Position numbers and translations under genes: made by a program. Below the pieces are notes generated by a model. That model was not told the origin of the DNA, did not search any database, and saw nothing but the letters and a program-made list of their open reading frames with translations. A stretch of DNA of 64,000 nt from Acanthaster planci (lineage: Eukaryota). The stretch spans positions 2,550,932-2,614,931 of the forward strand of contig NW_019091356.1 of assembly GCF_001949145.1 (NCBI RefSeq), in the 5' to 3' direction. This document shows, piece by piece, positions 49,701 through 61,099 of this stretch (position 1 is the stretch's first letter; each line of letters opens with the position of its first letter).

Positions 49701-52257
49701 GTCTGTACAGAAGAAATTGGAGATTAGCATGTTCTGATGTCAGGCAGAAGCGAGTCCAGCTGTACTTGCTGTTTTAATCTATTCATTGTGCCTGTGTAAA
49801 CAGACGAGTCGATCATTTTTTGCACACGGTGATTTTAAGGGGAGACCAACGTACCTGGCTGTGTAGTTGTTTAACAGCACAGGAGCCAGGATGCGGGCCA
49901 TCCCTTGAACGGACAAACACTTGAAGGCCTTGGCGTAGGTGTCCGAGTGGCCCCAGAACCAGCCCCGGTACATCCCTTCCTCGTCCGGTCGGTAGGCGGG
50001 CGGCTCAATGCATTCTCGCTCGTCAATCTTCTCTTCCCACTTGCCGTTGGTCCATCCCTCCTTGTAGGGCTGGAGATACAGAATCTGGTCGATGACCGCC
50101 CGGCCAGTTTCTAACAAAGTGGGCGAAGCAAACAAGTTTCGGTTTCAGGAGAAGCACTTTGGGACTAGCGGAAGCAAGTTCTTGTTCAAAATTTGTTCAT
50201 CAATCTGATGGTACAAGAACCCTCCAAAGTTTGTACTTCACAAGGCGATTTTTAGGTCTCAGGTTAATCTTCAGCCGGTGAGCGAAACAAAGCAAATTTA
50301 GTTTTAAGCACAGTCCTGGACGGTCTGATATCAAACTAACTATTTAGGGGTGAAATGCTAAATTATGGCCTCGTTTCCAATTTCACCACCTGGCTTCATT
50401 TTAATCAGTATGTTTAGGCCATCAAGTTTGGTACCGTTCCATTTTCCTGCGTCAGCCACAGGGCATTGTCTAACATTGAGTCAACGTTTGGAGCACTTTA
50501 ATTAGGTTTAACTGTTTGCAACTGATTGTAAAGTTGCCCAGTGACAAAACAAGTTTTTAAAAAAGGCTACTGTACAAAGATTGAGCGATTGCACTGATAT
50601 CGATCGATCTCACCCAACAGGCGCCTACTCTTACACTGTCTAGAGTTTTTTCATCACTCACAAATACCGTGGTACCTTTAACATACTGCTCAAACTCGAT
50701 GACGGGTACGTAACGGTTCAGGCTCTCAGTGTCAAAGAAGGTGCCCCAGGGTATCCTGATCTGCTCCAGTGAGCGCGTCCGCCAGTGGTAGAGCCGGCCC
50801 CAGGGGGGCAGGACCAGGACCCAGTCACCGTCCTGCTGCAGTCTCTGGACCAGGTTGGCAATGCGCATGTAGACGTCACGTCGCAGGTTAAACCCTTCCC
50901 CGTGGTTGACATCGTAAAGTAAATATCTAAGATGGGGAAAGGTTGAAACACAGAAGTAAATGAATTTGAACTTGTGACTTCATAAGGTGAAGAAGTCAGG
51001 TTGGCACAAATATGATATTATTGAAATTTTCCTAATCTTGCTCCACACTGTGACCCGGCTTCAAATCCTACCATGGTTAATTGGAGACTGCCTGTATAAG
51101 AAACTCCCAGGAGGTTGACTGGACATCAGCCACTAGGCGTCATCATCCAGTTTAAACACAAAGATTGGTGTTGAGTCAATGGGCCTACATCATTTTGTGG
51201 CTTCTCACTGTCCATGCATGGAATATGTATCTGTGATTTCCCTAAAAGCTCCAAAATCTCGAGACGTTTCTTTTAGCTTTCAAGCTGCACTGTCAGATGT
51301 ACTTTTGAGGAATCCTTGATTTCACTCTCAAGTACAGTTTGCGTTGAGTACGGCTTCACAGTCACTTTGCCCTTAGCCTTTCATCAAGGCCTTCATGGCT
51401 GTGTGTGTGTGTAACTGCAAAGCGACTGGACAGGAGACCAGGCAAGTGGCGCAGCAACAAGGCCTTTTCCAACTTGATTTTGAGGCTTTTGTGGTAAATT
51501 ATTCATAAGCTTTCTGATATGCATTATTCATAAATTTCATATAAATAGTTGAAGCAGATGAGTCTCCGAAATAAACGGCATCAACTCCAAAGCTTACGCA
51601 ATGTTCCCATCTGGTTTTTCATAGGGACAATAAGCAGTGAGATGACAACTATGATGCTTGTTGGTGGGGCCTGGGGATGGTGCTGATGTTGGAGTAACAC
51701 TTGCAAGTAGCAGTTCGAATGGTCAAAGCAAAACCCCAGTGTTTGAAATATGAAGCTCTTACCATATCCCGTGGGCAGAGAAAAAAACGTCACGCCTGCG
51801 TACAGATACTTCAATAGCCTAATGCTGCAATGGTTTAAACTTGGCAAGGTGAACTTTTCCAGCAGAAGAACTGTCCAAATACTGCTCAGACAACTGACCT
51901 GCACTCACGGCCGCAGACACACTTGGCACGCTCGCCATCTTTCGCATAGGTTCAATTTGCATAATAAGTTAACCACTTCGTGTCGGGGCATTTTTCAATG
52001 TTGAGGATGCTATGTACATAGAATAGCCTGTTCAGGAAGTAGGCCTTGGTGCCCCCTTTTTTATAGCTCCATCATGTCCATGGTTATACAAACCTCCTTG
52101 GCAGTGCTGCTCCAACTTTAAGCTTCTGATAGTTTCCTGAGTGAAAGGCAATGTCATCTGACAAATCGACATCCAATTCTGAGGAAGAATATATCTTAAA
52201 CAGGTGAAAAAACAAGAACAGGACAACACAAACAGCGGGGTACCTGTGCGCCGCCAT
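43793..52257 (-). CDS. POFUT2: GDP-fucose protein O-fucosyltransferase 2, 444 aa, 8 coding exons
   Basis: Exons (minus): 52257-52094, 50926-50676, 50110-49855, 48172-48106, 46317-46192, 45236-45056, 44414-44285, 43952-43793. All GT-AG, 1335 nt. N-terminal signal peptide, [86 protein letters not shown]. Confidence 0.98.
46479..46839 (+). mobile_element. tRNA-derived SINE with V-domain-like core and (TAT)n tail
   Basis: CCTTCCACCTCTGTGGTCCCGGGTTCGAATCCC (B box), GTGGGTTTT...GGTTTTCCTCCCAC core, tail GCGCTATTATTATTATATTATTAT. Confidence 0.75.
47404..47530. mobile_element. Short palindromic MITE (partial second copy at ~54547-54640)
   Basis: ATAGAGGCTTTGCATGGTAGCCATCTTG...CAAGATGGCAGCCATGCAAACCCTCTAT, with inner palindrome TTTTGTTCCACAGGG...CCCTGTGGAACAAAA. 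Confidence 0.8.
47891..48053 (+). mobile_element. Penelope-like element terminus with inverted segment and degenerate hammerhead ribozyme
   Basis: 47891-47948 is an inverted copy of 47996-48053. Between them, (CTC)AGGATGACCA-CAGCATCC-TGGTCGAAAC resembles CUGAnGA / stem II / GAAAC. Confidence 0.55.
51560..51938 (-). pseudogene. Decayed RecQ-type SF2 helicase N-terminal fragment, probably from a DNA transposon
   Basis: [19 protein letters not shown], frameshift in a T run, then [14 protein letters not shown]...[17 protein letters not shown] motif, Walker A and motif Ia of RecQ helicases, interrupted by a stop and frameshifts. Confidence 0.75.
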
Positions 52258-52713
52258 GTCTAAATAGCGCCGCCTAGCGACGTGACAGCCAAATATTTTT
52301 TGCTTCCTTGCACCACCCAGTTCAACCTGGCCCGCCACTTGTGGCGCTGTGCGCTTCGTATATATAAAAGCATTAAACTTTTCAACCTAAAATACAAACA
52401 ATACCTCAGCCGAATGGCCGTATTAACCCGGAAAACCTTTATGTTGTTATCGTTATTTCGGCACCGGCTGGTGCTTCCGACTATTTGTTTGAAAGAGAGA
52501 AAATTCCACGAAGGATGCATTGAAATAATAGACCGACATCAATTAAATCATGTTTGCAGCTTCCTGCTTACTGAAGGTTATTCCCCTATCGGCAAAAATA
52601 GTGAACTCATTTCAACAAAAACAAACATCCTGTATGATGTCCATTCACAGTGATAGTCTCTGATCTGTGTTCGATTGAACGAGAATGGCCCGTTCTTTTT
52701 TTTTTAACCTTAA

Positions 52714-53078
52714 CCCTCAAAGAACTGGGTTATTTCATGTATTTCGGCCCATCTCACAGCCCACGGGGGCGCATTCCGCCCCCCCCCGAACTTGGCTGTG
52801 CCAAGCTCGATTTATTATTTTGCTTTGGAACTTGGCATGCATGTAAGCCTTTATCGTAACATGTGACATTTAAACTAAACCAGACGTGTGGCTTTGTTGT
52901 TATACGGTCATTTGAAATTCAAGCCAACCCCCCCAAAAAAGGCTCTAGGACCGCGCCTGACAACAGTATGTTTGATTTTCACTAAGTTGGTATTAAAATG
53001 ACCGCAATTGAGAGTTCCTCTAAAAACTTCTATAGGCTCAGCTCCGGGAGAAAAACTATTCCAGCGGCACTTTTAGGG
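52714..53078. mobile_element. Possible TTAA-flanked piggyBac-like MITE
   Basis: TTAA|CCCTCAAAG...CTTTTAGGG|TTAA; interior divergent and possibly composite. Confidence 0.4.
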
Positions 53079-53834
53079 TTAAAAACACATTTAAAACTTT
53101 GCACTTTGGTTGGTGCAGTGATCGAGTGAGGAGCCGATCGATTGCTCTGAAAACTCAAACCAAAATCACCAAAAACTTTGAATGAAAATCAGCGGCTGGT
53201 ATTGAAAGAGGGATGTACAGGTCCAGATTGAATGTTCTCTGAACCCCAGAGAGTGAAAATTCACTTCCTCCGGTTATAAACAGGGTCAAGACGAATTCAA
53301 CTGAAATGAATCAGTCGAAAGATTGAAATTTCACTGGAATCTCCCCAGGGAGTTTTTTTTTGGTTTTTTATTTTATTATTATTTTTGTTGTTGTTGTTGT
53401 TTTTTTTTTTGGAACGGCCTGCAACAAAACCATAGCTGGCTATGCATCTGTACTGTCACATTTTTCCTGTAACCCCAACATGACCGCGACGCACAGTGAG
53501 ACCGTTGTGCTTGCCAGCGACGAGATTTTGTCCCGTTGTGACGACTTCCGGTGAAGATTTAGTGGTTTTGGAGTTCACATTATCATTTTTGATTAGGTGC
53601 ATCGTGTTCATATCAAATCGTAGAAAACCAAACAAGCGCCGTGCTTTGCCAGGACTACGCTGCAGTTTCAACGAAGGAAGTGACAGACTTGTTTCCAAAG
53701 AAAGGTTCAGCATAGCTGCCCCAGAGTTCCTTGAGCTCGCGTTGTATTCAGTTGCTTCCGAGTTGTATACGGATGAAACCGGCCTTGTAAACTTTAGTTT
53801 TAAATTAAATGCAGCGATAATGATCATGCCGTGT

Positions 53835-54110
53835 GGGAGGCATGTGGCCTAGTGATTAGAGTTTGAAGCTGCTGATCATAGGGTCAGGGGTTCGAATCCA
53901 GCTGGTTGGCAGCATGTTGCGATCATGGGCAAGTCATTATCCCTGTGTGCCTCTCTCCACCCAGGAGTAAATGGGGTACCTGTGAGGGCAGACACGGTTT
54001 TTGCCGAAATAGCAGCACCGGGCTATATTCCCCAGGGGAGCCAAGGAATGGAATTGGAATGTTCAGATAATGTGTGAGCCCCATGTGCAGGGATAATGAT
54101 ATTATTATAG
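53835..54110 (+). mobile_element. tRNA-derived SINE
   Basis: GTGGCCTAGTGATTAG (A box), GGTTCGAATCC (B box), TGGGCAAGTCA...CTCTCCACCCAGGAGTAAATGGGGTACCTG core, AT-rich tail. Confidence 0.8.
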
Positions 54111-56065
54111 TTTATACATTCTTTACAGCAGGCTAACACCGGCAAGCCGGAGTTATTCGAGATAGCTCCACAACTTTGCTCATTATGTCTGTGATTAAGA
54201 CCATACAGCCAGCTTGCTTCGGCAGATTAACTTCACCTGTCATAAGCCTACCCACCGATATCTATTGTAAAGTCTTTATGGCGGAGATCGGTGGTTCTAT
54301 CGAGTATTCCGTCTGTATTTCTGACGCCCGCGTCTGCGCATCTATTCATATTCATAGCCATGTCCATTAAAAAAGTACATATACAGCCTATGTCGACACA
54401 TGGAGGCCTATCGAATATCTACGGAATAAAATCCGCCTCTCAATTAGTAAACATTTTTGTCCCTTCGAGAAAGGTAAGCAATTTTTCACTCCTTTTATCT
54501 CCCTTAATTCATAAATAGGCCCATTAAATCTTCTATATGGTGTTGGCACAGCCACCTTGTTCCACAGGGAAACCTCCTTTGTGCATACCCTCCTGAACCC
54601 AAACAGTGGCCTGCAAGATGGCAGCCATGCGAAACCAGGCTCTGAACAAAAATCTGACACATGCAAGGTGTAAATCGACAGAATATGGCTGATTGTCAGG
54701 ACTGCATTTTTTGGAATTGATTTATTCATGTTTATTCAGGAAGAGGTTTGATGGCTGGTAGACAACCCTACAACCGGCTGGAGGAAGAACGCAATGAAAC
54801 TGCAACTCCTACAAGCAGTCCGGACCACACCCACACACAGGCCACGCCAACAATCCCGGGGGATTCATGTCCCAGCAGGCGTCTGTACTGGCACTGTCCA
54901 CCAAGGATGTAAGTCCTCCTGCAAATATTAACCCTACATAATTATATTCCCCTCATAATTTCCCTCAAACTCAAAACCCTACCCTTTCTTTGACAACATG
55001 AACCCTACAGTTTCCGAGCAAGAAGTCACAGTCATCTACCAAGGTGAAGTTAAAGTTAAAATGTAGCTCCCCCTTTTATCTTATGATCAGGGATCCAAAA
55101 TTTACATTCCCTCAAAAAACAAGCCAAAACAAAAGGGCAGCAGTTGCGGCAGAGGTAATACTGTACATCTATCTATTGATCTAACAGCTGCAGAAGAGGG
55201 GAAGGAATTGCAACCCGTACCGCCACGCCCCTTCAATAATAATCACAGAACGGCAACAAAATGTTTATTTCACAGACAACTTTACATACATACCGAATTT
55301 GTCGACGGAAAGGGGGGGGGGTAGACAAGTTGACACTATCCACAAAATGTTATTTATACCCTCCCCTTCTCCCAGACCACTCAGACGAAAGCGGGGGTAC
55401 CACGCCTTGACTGTTTCCAATGTCGACGTTGCAACCTACGCAGCACGAGCCCGGCAAGTAGGGCCCGGAGGAGAAACGGTCATCGTCTAACCTCCGTGAC
55501 GGGAAGGACGCCCCCTGTCAATAGTTAGAAACTATTCAACCAAGGAGAAAGTTGGCTTTAAAGAAACTAGAATGACACTGTCGTTGTGTATTTAAAGAAA
55601 ACAAGATTTCATTATAAGGCCAAAATGCAAATATACATGTATTTGTTAGTATTATATTAATATTTGTTTTGTCGGACAGTGGTAATTGGAACGAATTAGT
55701 TTCGTTTGAAAGACAGTTCAAGGTGTACAGTTTGATTCTATTCCAGAGGTATCAGTGGGTAATTATTTTACGGGAAATGGTCAAAATGTGGTTGATTCCA
55801 GTTCGGAGGAAATACGTTATTCCAACGCATAATAAATTGAACAAATGCTGCATGTGGGAATAATGTTTTATTTTTGGTTTTTGGGTTTGCCACTTTTTCC
55901 CATCAAAGCCTCGCATTTTTAGAATCATGTACATGCTGCCCTTTACGAGGAAGACCTGCTATTCGGGGAAATGTTTCACGGAACATGCTGCATGCAGTCA
56001 GCGCCCGTGCCCCCCCCCCTCTGCTGGTCCGGTCCGTGCGCGTACAGGGCCGGAACGAAAGCACA

Positions 56066-56107
56066 ACATACATGTACATGTACATGTACATGTACTGTAC
56101 ATGTACG
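56066..56107. repeat. (TACATG)n palindromic microsatellite
   Basis: ACATACATGTACATGTACATGTACATGTACTGTACATGTAC. Confidence 0.9.
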
Positions 56108-57731
56108 TGCAGCATGCACGCACAAGGCCCACACACAATGCCGGGACATGTCACCTTCGAAACTTTTACCGCTGCACGGGCAGGGTGTGTGAGGGGTGGA
56201 GTCGGGAGCCACCGAGTATACTATGGTGAGTCCATTTGAATAGTTCAGACTTATGAGTGAAGCATTTAGTTTTCGGTTTAAACTTGATGCTTTGAAAATA
56301 AACCTTACAGCCTACATGATTTGCCTAAAAATGCGCAATAGCCCTCATCACAATGTAAGAAAGAGAGTCACTTTCACTTGGTCGTAGTATTCGATACACT
56401 TTGTGGGTCACTGGCAGCGTAGATGGAGGGTAACGGGGTCATGCCATACCCTCTAAAACGCATTTATATAGGGAAATATAACGAGATTAAGACGATTTTT
56501 TTTTCTGGGGGAGGGGTGCTGTATTTAGTTTACCTTCACTCCGAAACGTGTCGAAGGCCCAAATGTATTCCCTTTCCTCTAAGAAAATTATACAGAACAC
56601 AAATAAACAATTATGGAAAATAAAAGAACACAGAGAAATCCCCAAATAGCAACCCGTTTAAGTTTCGAAAAAAAAAAATTAAGGATGAATTGATTTCCCC
56701 CATGACTTTAAACGTGATCGATTGACGTCAGAAGTCTAGTGGGGCCATCAACAGAGACACCTCGCACTGTGTTCTTTCGATTCATGAGTAGAGAGAAAGA
56801 AGAAAAAAAAACAGGAACTGTCTACGCATCAGAGTTGCTTTTTCGCTCTGTTAATTTTCTATGGAAAGAAAACAAAGAGACTTGTTTATGATCGCACCGA
56901 GACGAAAAGCCCTCATGCATACGCACTGTATGCCCCCTGCATTGTATATAAAGTAGTAAAATGAAACACTAAAACCTTTCTATTCTAATTATAATCACAG
57001 CTTGATGATTTGAGGCCTCTCCACTAGAACAAAAGACGAAAAGGGTAACCTGGGACGGCTAATAACACAAACAGATGCACGGTTCTGAGCAAGCAGATAC
57101 ACTACAAAAGAAACAAATTATAAACACAATTATAATTACTTAATTCTGTTAACTAATATATCAAAATAATGAAACAACTCCCATAAGTGTAGTAACGGCA
57201 GGGTGAACATTTTTTTTGTATCTTACCCTCCCCTGATTCAATGCCATCAACCGAAATTAGTATATCACCGATGGATCATGTTTGCAAAATAGGTTTTCCC
57301 GAGCATCAAATTATTTATTCATTTTTTTTTCAAATTCATAATCGGTACAAACGTCAAATTTGTCTTTTTTTAAAAGACCGACCATCCCAAACGATCGATG
57401 GTCCATCTTTTTCAACATACGTCCTGTCGATTTCGTCAGATTTTAGTAGAATTTGTGTATCATGTTATAATTGGCGCTAATTGTGCTGCTGGATGAACAA
57501 ATAAAAATAATAAATATTAGCTCGTCTTTGCTGGGCCGATTTCAAGAATGTACAGATCAAATTAATTGCATTGTGTGATGAATAAAATTGTCGGAGAACT
57601 AAAATGGACTGACAAATACTAGATATGGACAAGATTCTAATATAAAAGTACGGCGGGTAAACAGGGAACACGTTTTACAGACAAACAGTAATAAAGAGAT
57701 AAACAGCAGAACACGTAAAATGCTGAAGATA

Positions 57732-57870
57732 GTACACAATGAAGCGCGTGACGAATTTAAATGATATTTGTATAACGTTGCAAAATCACAAAATAATGGA
57801 CGAAAAAGTAAACTAAAGCACAAAATGAGCCAACCAAATTCAAAATTAACTGTGGGTTATAAAAGATCAC
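57732..57870 (+). repeat. Dispersed repeat; second copy at ~63309-63431, resuming at ~63975-64000
   Basis: GTGACGAATTT...TTTGTATAAC...CAAAATAATG.ACGAAAAAGTAAA..AAAGCA...AACCAAAT.CAAA.TTAAC in both copies. Confidence 0.75.
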
Positions 57871-58147
57871 GAATTTTGGAGACGGATGTGAAGTTGAATG
57901 TTTAAGAATTTGGACGAAAAAAGTATGAAACTTTGCAGGGCAGAAATGTGGGGAAGGAAGTTGGAAAACTTCTCGACCTGCGAGGATTACTTTGTTTCTC
58001 GGGCTGTAAAATAATTAATAGTGGGCCAACTTCGCAGTTCAAGTTGTACTTAAAATCGGTGACAATGCATATGGGTACTTGGAATCAGAAAGTCTAGTTC
58101 AGATGTGGTCGTTGCATGAGATGTTAAATCGTGATCTGCGTAGAAAC

Positions 58148-58537
58148 CACAGGCGTAAACCCATGTGGGGATGATATGGTGTCTATGCTCCTACCCACTT
58201 GAGGAGGGGGGTGTGGAAGGGGAGGGCTTCTGAAATGACCACTGCCCCCACTTTCTGTGGTGAGCACAAAATGAAAGTGGATTTTGAAGAATATTTCTGA
58301 TTTTCAACGACTAAAATGCATTCAATATCACGCAAATAAGGAAAAACAAATTAAAAAGTCATAAATACAACATTCTGAATACGTATCACAGATAATATTA
58401 CATTATTAATTATTGTGAACATCGACATCTATATAGTGTCATATCGTCCCCCCTCCGTTTGAAAGTTTCACGTCATCCCCCATATTTCCTTATCTCCCGT
58501 CCCCCCCCCCCATTTCCGGGACAAATTTACGCCACTC
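58148..58537. mobile_element. hAT-like MITE (degenerate)
   Basis: CACAGGCGTAAA...TTTACGCCACTC; TSD-like GTAGAAAC / GTAGAGAT. Confidence 0.5.
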
Positions 58538-59355
58538 GTAGAGATCAGTTTCTCTAAAAATAACCTATTTTTTGTGAATGAAACTTATTCCTGGAGAACG
58601 TAATGAATAAAACATGATTTCCAGGTACGTTAGAACTTGTAGTCTGGTTCGCTTAAAACCATTGTTCAAAAGGTCAGGTACACCAGACCGTTGCATTCCT
58701 CCATTTAAAACTCACGGCGATTGGATGATTTTTAGCGCATAAAAACCAGTTACAATTTTTGGCCAATAGAAATTCTCGGAACACACTTATTAGTGGTGGC
58801 GTCACAGGCGGAAGTCTAGTTTCGATATGGCAGTGACTCCTGCTACATGAATTTCTGAGAAACAGCCAACTCGAATGGCAACAACAATCTTCATTCTTAC
58901 GAATTCTGACTCATTCATCGGTTCCATTCAATCTCAGCAAGAAACACCAACTACCAAGGAGTAGGTGAGTATCTTTTGATTGCCATCCATGGTGAAATTG
59001 TTCGTTGTTAGGGTTGAACTGGAGCGTCATATCAAATGGATCGTGGCAGTGTGAGCTGCGAAAAATGGTGCAACATCCATAGAGCAAGCACTTGAAGAAC
59101 ACTTGCCTTATGAACATCCGAAGCCTAGGCCAGCAATAACCTGCTCCCATGTCCCCATGTTCCATTCTGTGGTCATGCCATAGAGATGGGCCATATCCAA
59201 CTACCCGTAGACTTGAGACAAGCTAGTGTACGTGTGTACGTGAACACAATCTGACAAATCTTTGCAAAGAAGGATTTTTTTTGGTCATGTTCGTGGGCAG
59301 CATTTCAGTTATGTCAGTCAGCCATAAAAATTGTATTTAAGGCTAAGCATACATC

Positions 59356-60849
59356 CTGAACTCCACCTTTTTGATGGTTCCGCACGCTATGGCGTTTTGA
59401 AAGCTGCTCAGTCATCCTACTAGATAAAACATCCGTTTGGCGCTTGCTTAAGCAAATCTTCCCCTAAAGACCCAATTACGAACCTATATGGAACTACCAT
59501 TATTGAGTGTATTTCGTAACGTTATCCTATATTTTGTCAAAATATGATTTTTTTTCCTACCATCCTCATCTCTTATCCCTTGACAATTGGCACACATCTG
59601 CATTCTCTTGCGGTCATAGCCGACTATTTACCGTCAATATACCGTCAGCTCACAATGGACTGTCAACACACCGTCAACACAGCGTCAACACCTCCAAAAC
59701 AAAAGAAGTGGTACTCGACTGTAAAGTGTTTGCAGAAAGGATATTTTGGCTAAACCCCAACAGGTTGGACTCAGGAAAATTGCCGTTTTAATTTGACCAA
59801 ATGCCTCCTTTGAACCAGTTCAGAAATAAGCAGGCATGTTGCCTCAGGGGCAACTGGGACCATACCTTTATGCTAGAGGGGTGGTGATATTATATGATAA
59901 AGAAACGTCTTTTTCTTTAAAGTTACCGTATTTTTATATTTCTTAAGATTAAATTATTGTTCCTTTTTGTATTTTGACAATAACTGTGTTAAATGATATC
60001 TATGATGTTGTTTCTGTTTGACGCTATGCTGACATTACTATCGTGTGTTGACGGTAATTAGTAAGACCGTTCTCTTGTCGCCGTACGACACGTGACTAAA
60101 ACGGGCTCAGCGTATTCACGTAATGAAGGTGCCCTGGATACCAGTCCCAATAATTCTGACTACTCTCATCAAGATTATGTATAGAGACGTTTGGGAAATC
60201 TGTGGTCAGGGAACCACACTAATCACATATATCGGCTTGACCATTTTGCAATAAATAAATCCCACAATTACATGGAAAAACAGATAGTTTATCAGTCTTA
60301 CAGCTTCACTACCAAATCTTGGCAAAATATTATCACTCCTTAAATACACATTTCTCAACATTTTAAACATGCGTAAACAGCTAGCTTGACAACGCAGCAT
60401 GTATAGCACGCCCTGACATTGCCGCACCCCCCCCCGCTTCTAAAATGGTTGAGCTGATATGTGATCAGTGTGGTTCCCTGACCACAGATTTCCCAGACGT
60501 CTCTATACGTAATCGTAACGAGAGTAGTCGGAACGATAGCGACTGGTATCCAAAGCAACATAAGCAGTCATTGCGTGAATACGCTGCACCTGTTTTTGTC
60601 AGGTAACGTACGGCTACAAGAGAATGCAGATGTGTGCGGATCATCAAGGGATAAGAGGTGAGGATGGTAGAAAAACCTCATTTTTTGCCAATAATATAGG
60701 TTATATGCTAAAAAATACACTTGCCAATGGTAGTTCCTTATAGGTTAGCTAATATTAAGCAAGCGCAAACAGATGTTTTATCTGGTAGGATGACTGGGCA
60801 GCTTTTAAAATGCCATAGCGTGGGGGACTATCAAAAAGGTGGAGTGCAG
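59356..60849. mobile_element. Foldback DNA element with ~400-bp inverted arms
   Basis: 59356-59610 plus 60070-60229 align to the reverse complement of 60457-60849 (shared blocks CTCCACCTTTTTGAT, CAGTCATCCTAC.AGATAAAACATC, GGGAAATCTGTGGTCAGGGAACCACACT). Confidence 0.85.
59611..60069. mobile_element. MITE nested in the left arm of the foldback element
   Basis: Termini CGGTC...TTACCGTCAA / TTGACGGTAA...GACCG; perfect 8-bp TSD TTCTCTTG at 59603-59610 and 60070-60077. Confidence 0.85.
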
Positions 60850-61099
60850 TAAGATCTATGGAGTGTCTGAGTGTCTGGACATGCTACCTTGCTGGACTAG
60901 TCTTGCTAGTCCAGGAACTAGGCACGGATGCAGGCTAGTTGATGAACTTGATGTTGGAGACGGTTTACTGACTTGACTTGGGACAACTTGACTGTTGAGA
61001 CAACTTGATTGGTGGGACAACTTCTTTTTCTCGGTACATAACAACAGATTCACTGAATCCATGTATAACCACGGGAGAATACTTAAGAAGAAGAAGATC

